Virus record (IMG/VR): IMGVR_UViG_3300021365_000008
Location: 15,656-79,655 of that record
Origin: a virus
Direction: 5' to 3' (one strand)
DNA: 64,000 nt
A program made the position numbers and the translations under genes. The stretch's first letter is position 1, and each line of letters begins with the position of its first letter. Shown here piece by piece: positions 56,330 to 64,000 of this stretch. The notes beneath the pieces are model-generated. The model ran no database searches. It was not told the DNA's origin and was given only the letters and a program-made list of their open reading frames with translations.

Positions 56330-59300
56330 AGCCGTTGAAAGGAATGAATATGGATGTGTCCTCTAGCAATATGCCGGAGGGTACATACCGTCGTGCACAG
56401 AATTTTATTTATGGTAAAGAACTCGACAGCTTACTGCAGGAGCCTGGTCTTGCTGAAAAAGCAAATCACCTAAATGATCAACATGTCTGTGGCGCATACG
56501 CATTGCCTAATGACAATCTGTTGTTGTTTGCATTTACCCAAGGCACTACTAACGGTTCAGGCAGTACTATTTATAAATACACTGCGGACACGGATAGCTA
56601 TAGCATTGTATTAGCAGATGATGAACTAGACTTCGGTCCCAACACAGTACTGAAGATTACGAGCTTTCAGAATTCAGCAGCGGAAACTTTAGTTGTCTTT
56701 ACTGATAATATAAATCCTATTAGGATACTGAACATTGATGATCCAGATTCGGATATGACAACAAATAAGTTGTTCTCCGATTCCAATTTGGTTGAATTAA
56801 CTGTGCAGCAGTCACAAGGGAGTGGTGGCTTTGAGGAGGGTACACATTTTTTTAGTGTTGCTTATGAAGCTAAAGACGGCAGTAGAACAGCATTTCAAGG
56901 ATTGCATGGGCCTTATCCGGTAAAAGAAAGTTTAGGTACGTTTGATATATCAATGTCGAACATCGACCAGGATTATGAATACTTGCTTATTGCATCGTTG
57001 TCTTTTTCAGGAGATGCTCTAGAAGCGAAAATCCAACGCCGGTTTGCCATTACTAGTGCGACGTTAGAACGCACTGTAGATAATATTAATCCTTATAACA
57101 CATTAACTGTAGAGGAATTAGTAGCAAAACCGCAAGTCTATACACGCGCCAAAACCACAACATTTTATGAAAACCGATTGTACTTAGGCGGCGTAAAAGA
57201 ACACGATGAAGCCGACTTGCAGGCATTTGCAAATGTTATACAGCCTATATGGTGTTATGGCGCGACAGGACAAGATAGTTCTACTCATTCAGTAAACTTA
57301 GATGAAACATACTATCCAGATAACTTGCGCTTTATGCCAGGTGAGGTGTACGCATTCTATGTTTCATGGATACGGTCGGATGGAAGTGAGACACAAGCTT
57401 TCCACATACCAGGATTTAAGCAAGCAACAGTGCCATTAACAATTGGTGCTGATGACTCAGATTTGTATGTCGCTGATCAGACAATTAATGTATCTCCTGA
57501 CGTGACTATAAATAGTATCACTGCTCTTGTAAGTAATGGTGCAGCAAACTATCTGCATTATGACAAAGAAGCAGGAGCGACACATTACTATCAAACACGA
57601 GATACTGGTACGGAAAATAGTACTTTATACAACGCTTCAGATACAACAGATAGAGCAAGAGGAAGGATGGGTTATTGGGAAAACCAAAATGAAACATATC
57701 CGTCAGCCTTTCCAGATGTAAAACGATATGAGTATACTGGGGGAACTGTTCCTGCGCTAAATGACCAAGCACAGACGTTAGCTGGAGAACTGGTACGTCA
57801 TCACAAATTTCCGACACTAAATTGGTTAGCGAATAACACGTCAGTTTATTCTAGCTATAATTACAATAATCGCCCAACCTTAAGTGTCGAGTTTGAGCAT
57901 GTACCGATTCCTGATGGTCATGTAGGAGTTCGATTCTATCACGCAAAACGTACGATTAACAATAGCACGATACTTGGGCAGTCGTTGTTGTTTCATGGGC
58001 ACGATAATAACTATGCGCAAGAGGCTGCTGGAAATGCAAACTACAACGATTACGTATCTACGAATGCGTTTAACACAGCGCATCTGAATGCAAATCCAAC
58101 TGCGCTGGATGGCGCAAATGGGTTACAGTACGGGACGTATCCTAGCTTTTTTACTTGGGAAGTGCAGACATATGCAGATAAAGGCCGTATGCATCCCTTT
58201 GATATGTTGCGTACTAAACCACGCTTAAGTCAAGAAGCTGGCAAACACTTTATTCGTATTGATCAAGTTGTAGGCAAAAAAGCTGAACCGCATACAATAG
58301 GTGAAGGCGCATACGGTACTGACAATCAATACTGGCGTTTTTATGTTGATCCTAATGTAACATTTTCAAATAATACATCTGCTTATATAGTTGACTTATA
58401 TGCAGAGGATCAATTTGAAAGCACCCTAGTACGCAATCGCCTTTTGTCTTTTAATTATAACTCTACCCTTACATCGTTGCATAGTGTATCAGAACAGATG
58501 GCGTTACGGCCAATAAGTGATGCACATTATTTGGGAGCAGGAGTAATAGATGGTGATCGAGAAATAGATAATCGCGGAGGAGAAGAGTGTTTGTTTTTTG
58601 ATATACAACATTCAGTGCTAAATACTGATATGCACTTCCCAACTAGTTCAGTACCTAGCGGAACTACTGATGAAATAGATTATTGGAAAAAAAGACTAGG
58701 GTATGATTGGACAGGCGAAAGCCGGTCTGCAGTCACTGGTATGTTTTACGATAACATGGGCAGCTTGAATTCTGGTAGTGTCCCTCAATCAATTGGCACA
58801 TCACTACCTGTAAGTGTAGCACCAGTAGTAAATTTCTGTGTTACTCGTACAGATATCTATCAAGGATATGCAAGTCAGGATTTAGTAGCATGCACTCCTG
58901 TAATCACATCTTTAGACTCTAGTGAATTTACGCTGGCAACTAGTACGGCGGCAACTACCACGACAAAAATTGCCACAGATTTAAATGTGTCGACAGTAGG
59001 CAAAGTACGGTTTACTAGGGCATTTGGAGATATGTCTATTAGTAAATTAAGGTATCGCACAACAGCTTTTGCCGGTTGGACGCATCGAACAACAAACCTT
59101 AGTACTAGCGCTCCAGAAACAACAACAGATGCTGCTTCGCCAAGTAATGATGCTGGAACTGTTCGTGTAGGACATGAGATAAGTCTGTACACAGCAGCAA
59201 ATCCATATTTCTTAGATACTGAGCAAAGCAAAGAGTCAATATATTATTACTTAGGTGATAATGACAGAGCGATTAGCCCAGCAGAAACTAATGATTTTAC

Positions 59301-60687
59301 ACTGGATACAAGCTTTTTAAAAGTCAATGACTTTAGGCAGCCAGGCGTATATGATCATAGTGCGGAATATAATTCAGCATATCCCTACAGAGTGCATCGT
59401 AGCGTCGCACAAGTAGCTGACGAACCAGATATTAATGTTCGTACTTTCTTGTCGTTTGATTCATATGAAATGCCCCGTTCTCGAGGTACAATTCAAAATA
59501 CAGAAAGTTTTAATGACAAGCTTTTAATCCATCATGAGCGAGGGTTATTTGTAACCAAGGGCAAAGAGAAACTCTCTACAACTGCTGGAGAAATAGCATT
59601 TGGCACAGGAGATATTTTTAGTACAATACCTAGAGAAGTGGTGCCTACACCTAATGGATATGCCGGTACACAGCACCCTTTAAGCTGTGTGTTGACTCCA
59701 GCAGGCTATTTCTTTGCGGACGCGTCACAGGGTAAAATATTTCAATACTCAGAAAAGTTGCAAGAAATAAGCAACTTTGGAATGCGTAATTTTTGGTATG
59801 ATAAGCTTACGAGCTTAAATACTTCTGCTGGTACAAGTGGCGCTATACATAGCTACAGGCCTGGGATGTTTGCTGTTTATGATCCGCGATGGCACCGAGT
59901 GATATTCCACTTGCGCAATAGTTCTTTTGCAACAGAATCAGATTTGCCTGAATACTCTTTTAAGAGTCTGCCGACAGATGCAGGTGGTTATTACAATAGT
60001 AGCAGTCAACAGGATGAGTTTGTTAGCTACAATCTTATGCTGAACAATTGGACGTCGTTTCATACATATAACTGGACGTATGCAGTAAGTACGGAAAATT
60101 ACTTGTACAGTTATAATACTGTATCTACTAATACAGGTACGTTGCAATTGTATGAGCACAACGATTTAAGGCAAAACTTCGGAACATTCTTTGGCGCTGT
60201 AAAAACTGCTCGCTACCCTAGTTTTATTGATGCTGTTCTCGCATTTAGAGAACCAGTTGTGTTCAGTAGTATTAATTGGTATACAAAAGCCGTAGATCAT
60301 ACGGTATCTAATTTGGGGTTTGCTTCCCATAATACTACATTTACATCAGCTCATATCTATACTGACTATCAGTGCAGTGTTGATACCACATTAGTTAGGA
60401 CAACACAATCAACTCTCCTTGACAGGACTGCAAACCTTCGGAGGGATGACTATATGTGGAAATGGAATGGGTATCGAGATGTAGTGATTGATCGTGCTAC
60501 CCGGTTTGTAGACGCAGAGGGCGAACTGGTAACAGGTAACTTAGATGATACAAAACCGTGGTATGATAAGAAGCGGTTTGTAGGAGACGCTGCTACAGTT
60601 AGATTGACATACGCAAATACTATCAGTTCTACGATTGGTTTATATTTGTATGAAATAGGTGCAAAGGTGCGTAAGGCTTATCGCTAA
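56326..60687 (+). CDS. Muzzle / tail stabilisation protein
   Basis: 1453 aa; KGMNMD N-terminus, NRLYLG, PGEVYAFY, GTQH...TPAGYFF.D. Confidence 0.8.
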   Translation: MKPLKGMNMDVSSSNMPEGTYRRAQNFIYGKELDSLLQEPGLAEKANHLNDQHVCGAYALPNDNLLLFAFTQGTTNGSGSTIYKYTADTDSYSIVLADDELDFGPNTVLKITSFQNSAAETLVVFTDNINPIRILNIDDPDSDMTTNKLFSDSNLVELTVQQSQGSGGFEEGTHFFSVAYEAKDGSRTAFQGLHGPYPVKESLGTFDISMSNIDQDYEYLLIASLSFSGDALEAKIQRRFAITSATLERTVDNINPYNTLTVEELVAKPQVYTRAKTTTFYENRLYLGGVKEHDEADLQAFANVIQPIWCYGATGQDSSTHSVNLDETYYPDNLRFMPGEVYAFYVSWIRSDGSETQAFHIPGFKQATVPLTIGADDSDLYVADQTINVSPDVTINSITALVSNGAANYLHYDKEAGATHYYQTRDTGTENSTLYNASDTTDRARGRMGYWENQNETYPSAFPDVKRYEYTGGTVPALNDQAQTLAGELVRHHKFPTLNWLANNTSVYSSYNYNNRPTLSVEFEHVPIPDGHVGVRFYHAKRTINNSTILGQSLLFHGHDNNYAQEAAGNANYNDYVSTNAFNTAHLNANPTALDGANGLQYGTYPSFFTWEVQTYADKGRMHPFDMLRTKPRLSQEAGKHFIRIDQVVGKKAEPHTIGEGAYGTDNQYWRFYVDPNVTFSNNTSAYIVDLYAEDQFESTLVRNRLLSFNYNSTLTSLHSVSEQMALRPISDAHYLGAGVIDGDREIDNRGGEECLFFDIQHSVLNTDMHFPTSSVPSGTTDEIDYWKKRLGYDWTGESRSAVTGMFYDNMGSLNSGSVPQSIGTSLPVSVAPVVNFCVTRTDIYQGYASQDLVACTPVITSLDSSEFTLATSTAATTTTKIATDLNVSTVGKVRFTRAFGDMSISKLRYRTTAFAGWTHRTTNLSTSAPETTTDAASPSNDAGTVRVGHEISLYTAANPYFLDTEQSKESIYYYLGDNDRAISPAETNDFTLDTSFLKVNDFRQPGVYDHSAEYNSAYPYRVHRSVAQVADEPDINVRTFLSFDSYEMPRSRGTIQNTESFNDKLLIHHERGLFVTKGKEKLSTTAGEIAFGTGDIFSTIPREVVPTPNGYAGTQHPLSCVLTPAGYFFADASQGKIFQYSEKLQEISNFGMRNFWYDKLTSLNTSAGTSGAIHSYRPGMFAVYDPRWHRVIFHLRNSSFATESDLPEYSFKSLPTDAGGYYNSSSQQDEFVSYNLMLNNWTSFHTYNWTYAVSTENYLYSYNTVSTNTGTLQLYEHNDLRQNFGTFFGAVKTARYPSFIDAVLAFREPVVFSSINWYTKAVDHTVSNLGFASHNTTFTSAHIYTDYQCSVDTTLVRTTQSTLLDRTANLRRDDYMWKWNGYRDVVIDRATRFVDAEGELVTGNLDDTKPWYDKKRFVGDAATVRLTYANTISSTIGLYLYEIGAKVRKAYR

Positions 60688-60747
60688 TAGGGTATAGAAT
60701 AACGGTATAAAGAATTACAAGTACGCCTACCCGTAATTACAAGAACA

Positions 60748-60909
60748 ATGGCACGTCGTGGTTTGTATGCAAATATTCATGCTAAACGAAAGCGTATAAA
60801 AGCCGGTTCTGGGGAGAGTATGCGCAAACCCGGATCAAAAGGCGCACCTACTGCTAAAGCGTTTAAAAAGTCAGCTAAAACCGCGAAACGCAAAAAACGT
60901 CGTGGGTAA
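60748..60909 (+). CDS. 53-aa K/R-rich protein (not in ORF track)
   Basis: MARRGLYANIHAKRKRIKAGSGESMRKPGSKGAPTAKAFKKSAKTAKRKKRRG; TAATG coupling. Confidence 0.8.
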   Translation: MARRGLYANIHAKRKRIKAGSGESMRKPGSKGAPTAKAFKKSAKTAKRKKRRG

Positions 60910-61214
60910 TGGCAACAAAAAAACGCAAATCCAAACCAATACGTCGGACGACAAAAGGAGCAGGAGCGAACTACCGTCAGACAAAAAGCGGTGCGGGAAT
61001 GACTGCAAAAGGTGTGCGTGCATACCGAAAGGCAAATCCGGGCAGTAAACTTAAAACAGCTGTTACTGGTAAGGTTAAGAAGGGAAGTAAAGCGGCTAAG
61101 CGTCGTAAGTCATATTGCGCTCGTTCTTTGGGGCAACTGAAACGTTCTAGTGCAAAGACACGTAATAATCCGAATTCACGTATACGCCAAGCACGGCGTC
61201 GATGGAAATGCTAA
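60909..61214 (+). CDS. K/R-rich basic protein (DUF6321-like)
   Basis: GMTAKGVRAYRKANPGSKLK...RRKSYCARS...ARRRWKC. Confidence 0.8.
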   Translation: MATKKRKSKPIRRTTKGAGANYRQTKSGAGMTAKGVRAYRKANPGSKLKTAVTGKVKKGSKAAKRRKSYCARSLGQLKRSSAKTRNNPNSRIRQARRRWKC

Positions 61215-61218
61215 TAAT

Positions 61219-61347
61219 ATGGAAGACGAATTTGACATCTCTTTTTTAGATCCTGATAGACTTAAGAAGTCGGAAGATAAACTTAAGAACGGGGAAATTA
61301 CATGCAATCTGGATGACCCAGAAAATTGCGAAAGCTGTAGCGGATGA
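61219..61347 (+). CDS. 42-aa acidic peptide ending in a NrdA-like CxxC tail
   Basis: MEDEFDISFLDPDRLKKSEDKLKNGEITCNLDDPENCESCSG; ATGA coupling downstream. Confidence 0.7.
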   Translation: MEDEFDISFLDPDRLKKSEDKLKNGEITCNLDDPENCESCSG

Positions 61348-63380
61348 AGAAATTTAATGGACATCAGTGCGAACGACGCAACTTAACGGACTTGTTATTA
61401 GGTACAGGTCCGACTGGGAAAAAACGTGCTCAGCCAAAAGCTAAGAAACGTGCTAAGAATTATTCTACTGAGCCTGCTGTAAATCAGATGTCAGGTGGAG
61501 GTCCTGTAAATCCAGAAGATGTACAGTTTCAGGAGTGGCTAGCTGCAACAAGCCAACAATACTATCCTGAATACAGTGGGCAGGCTTTAGGCTCACAAGA
61601 CTTTTATAAGATGGTTAGCGGTCACACGGATAAACAAAAGTATCCGGGTGATATGGCAATTAACCCTACGCTGTTACCTCAGAACATGAGTGAGCGTTAT
61701 ATGGGTCAGCAATTTGGTAGTGCTAGCCCCGGAGCTAAGCGCATGACTATGAGTGATGCTTTTCAAGCAGCAGAAGAGCGGTACAACACGAATCGAGCTA
61801 CAGAGCAGCTTTATATGGATTGGCTGTCACGACAAAAACAAGCTCCTGCTGCACCTCAACGTCAGGTTACTGTAAGTGATGATGGGCGCAGCTTTACTGT
61901 TAGCGGTACTCCAAGCCAAATGAATTTAGGAGGACCGGCTATTGACCCCGCATTACTTGCCCGATTACAAGCAGCACAAGCCCATACTCCTGACTACAGT
62001 TCGATGGCTGCACCGAGTAATGATCGACTGACCAGCTACAATGAAAATCAGCTTCGTACATATGAACATAATGCGGCTGTGGATGAAGGAAGTCATAAGA
62101 TGCGAAATGCTGGCACGAGCTTGAGTAACGCTGCACAATATGCGATAGATAATCCTTTAGATGCTACACAGGTTGGCCTAGGAGCATTAGCTATTGCATC
62201 AGATGCAATACCTGTTGGAGGGAATATAGTCAGTGCTATCGCCGATGGAACAAATGCCTTGATAAGTACAGGCCGGTCAAAGTATTACGATATGACAGGT
62301 GATACTACAAAATCAGCTTTTTATGGCGGTATGGCTGCGTTAGATGCTGCGGCTGCAGCGCCAGGTGTAGGCAATGTAGCAGGCGCTACAAAAATGGGTG
62401 CACTAATAAGCAAAGGTTTGCATGCTGCTCATCCTGCTTCGAAAGTGGTTACAGTAGGTAAGGGCGGAAATATGTTAAGCGAAGGGGTTGAGTACAGGGG
62501 AATCCCAGAAATGAACCATGGAGGGCCGGGCACTCCAAACTACTATGCATATGGTGATGCTTTAGATCAGGAATATGCACAAATGCAGGCAACCGGTCAG
62601 CCGGTGAATCCCCAGGCTATGGACCCAAATTTAATGCAAAAGTTTCAGCAGTTTTTGCAGCTACCTAATATGCAAAACCTGGATCCCGGTCAAGTACCAG
62701 AGGCAATGAATGAGATGACTAAAAAGCAAGGTAAGATATCTTTAGCGTCAGGTATTACATCGACAGCTGGTAGTATGTTATCTAACTCAGAATTAGCACA
62801 AGAAGACAGCGGTTTGGGCACGGCAACGACAGCTGTAGGAGGTGCTTTAAGTGGTGCAGGCGCAGCGTTACCATACGCAGCAATGATACCAGGGGTAGCG
62901 CCGTTCGCTGCGGTTGCTGGAGCTATGTATGGCGTGTATAAAAAGAAGGATGATGAGTTTAAAAAAGACAGAGCAATACAAGAACAGCTAGCAGAGGAAA
63001 ATGAATTGCGATTAGATAATACCTTAGACTACTCACGATATGTGAAAAACGCATATGACGATGCGGGTCAAACTGTCAATAGCTATATGGCTGAGTATGG
63101 TGGCGCTACTGAACCTGACTATGAAACTGAAAAAAGTGAAGTAATCTTAGCAGGTATTGGCGATAAGCCCATTGCAATGGGGCAAGGTAAATACAAGCGT
63201 ATGTCGCAAAATATTTACAAAGCAGACGGACCTTCACATGAACTTGGCGGTATACCAACAAAAGGAGCAACGATGCCATTTGTAGATAGCGTAGGTGCTG
63301 CACATGATAGCCCTTATGTATTTAGCGACTCGAAGGATATGCGCTTTGATGCTACAAACATTTTGAAAATGATCTCATGA
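61344..63380 (+). CDS. Internal virion cargo/ejection protein
   Basis: Ala/Gly-rich hydrophobic helices, repeated MNxGG motifs, GPSHELGG; follows the muzzle gene. Confidence 0.7.
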   Translation: MKKFNGHQCERRNLTDLLLGTGPTGKKRAQPKAKKRAKNYSTEPAVNQMSGGGPVNPEDVQFQEWLAATSQQYYPEYSGQALGSQDFYKMVSGHTDKQKYPGDMAINPTLLPQNMSERYMGQQFGSASPGAKRMTMSDAFQAAEERYNTNRATEQLYMDWLSRQKQAPAAPQRQVTVSDDGRSFTVSGTPSQMNLGGPAIDPALLARLQAAQAHTPDYSSMAAPSNDRLTSYNENQLRTYEHNAAVDEGSHKMRNAGTSLSNAAQYAIDNPLDATQVGLGALAIASDAIPVGGNIVSAIADGTNALISTGRSKYYDMTGDTTKSAFYGGMAALDAAAAAPGVGNVAGATKMGALISKGLHAAHPASKVVTVGKGGNMLSEGVEYRGIPEMNHGGPGTPNYYAYGDALDQEYAQMQATGQPVNPQAMDPNLMQKFQQFLQLPNMQNLDPGQVPEAMNEMTKKQGKISLASGITSTAGSMLSNSELAQEDSGLGTATTAVGGALSGAGAALPYAAMIPGVAPFAAVAGAMYGVYKKKDDEFKKDRAIQEQLAEENELRLDNTLDYSRYVKNAYDDAGQTVNSYMAEYGGATEPDYETEKSEVILAGIGDKPIAMGQGKYKRMSQNIYKADGPSHELGGIPTKGATMPFVDSVGAAHDSPYVFSDSKDMRFDATNILKMIS

Positions 63381-64000
63381 GTAAGAAACAACGTAAAATG
63401 ACGCCTGCGAAGGTTGCTGACCAGCTGGCTAAGTTTATTGCAAAACAGGAAGAAACCTTAAAGCGGTATCCTGTAGGGCCACTGGCTAATACTGCACGTA
63501 AGAATTTGCAGCGCGGGATGAATGCAATGAATGAGTTGCGTAAGACAAACGAGCAGATGCGTGTTCAAAAAGACCCGCAAGCTCAACAGATGCAGCAACC
63601 TGTAGCACAAATGAATCTTGGAGGTAGCCCAACTGGTGTTGCCGATAGCTCATTTGGCATTACGGAAGCACAGCAAGCTATGGTTGATACGCTTGCAACT
63701 CAGTATGGTATGAGTCCTGCTGTTGCTGCGGCTGTAGCTTCTGTGACTCAAAAAGAAAGTGGAGGCTCTGGGACGCGAGTAGAAATGGATTACTCTAATA
63801 CGAGTAATGCGCGTATCAGAACGGTCAACAGTAACTTTCAGCGCAAGTTCAAGGATATGTCAGATGAGGATCTGACGGCACTAAAAGCTGACCCAGAAAA
63901 GTTCTTTAACTATGTGTATGGGGATTTAGACACAAACTCTGAGGAGGGAGATGGCTATAAGTACAGGGGTCGTGGACTTGTACAGGTTACTGGTAGAGAC
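63377..64000 (+). CDS. Cargo protein with GH19-like lysozyme domain (3' truncated; not in ORF track)
   Basis: Open 208 codons to the window end: ...QKESGG...KADPEKFFNYVYG...GDGYKYRGRGLVQVTGR. Confidence 0.8.
   Translation, partial: MSKKQRKMTPAKVADQLAKFIAKQEETLKRYPVGPLANTARKNLQRGMNAMNELRKTNEQMRVQKDPQAQQMQQPVAQMNLGGSPTGVADSSFGITEAQQAMVDTLATQYGMSPAVAAAVASVTQKESGGSGTRVEMDYSNTSNARIRTVNSNFQRKFKDMSDEDLTALKADPEKFFNYVYGDLDTNSEEGDGYKYRGRGLVQVTGRD

Noticed and set aside
1-64000. Stop-codon reassignment as seen in some crAss-like phages
   Set aside because: Core genes (terL, portal, MCP, PolA, muzzle) are intact in the standard code; TAA, TGA and TAG all end genes; no suppressor tRNA was found.
1-64000. 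CRISPR array, DGR/reverse transcriptase, integrase or invertase
   Set aside because: No regularly spaced repeats, no RT or recombinase motifs, and no near-identical TR/VR pair were seen by eye.

Overview
This window is most of a crAss-like (Crassvirales-type) lytic dsDNA phage genome, probably infecting an aquatic Bacteroidota host: starts are AT/AC-rich without Shine-Dalgarno, there are TAnnTTTG -7 promoter boxes, and there are lipobox and Gln-rule signal peptides. It uses the standard genetic code. Layout: (i) 1-3318 (+), C-terminal part of a giant virion/ejection protein; (ii) 3315-25463 (-), a holin-like/membrane/secreted M43 protease operon, two tRNAs, a replication-recombination block (UDG, RecE-like nuclease, GATase-GGCT fusion, amidoligase, NinB-like, RusA, primase, SSB-like, AAA ATPase, DnaB, SF2 helicase, PolA, ParB/DGQHR), then a terminator-punctuated cluster of small early genes; (iii) a G-run-rich strand switch near 25.55 kb; (iv) 25639-64000 (+), a Tad1-like protein, HU-like protein, terminase, portal, scaffold, major capsid, ring/hub, long modular fibre genes, lysis genes, muzzle and cargo proteins. 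The strongest leads are a Tad1-like immune-signal sponge, a secreted pappalysin-dockerin protease whose Ca-binding motif recurs in virion proteins, a compact amidoligase/GATase-GGCT module, a DUF6915/DUF6878-like pair, tandem early lipoproteins missed by the ORF track, repeated xMNxGG motifs in cargo proteins, a free-standing NrdA-tail-like peptide, and a MAM-domain fibre gene with foreign Arg codon usage. All family names come from motif recognition by eye, not database searches.
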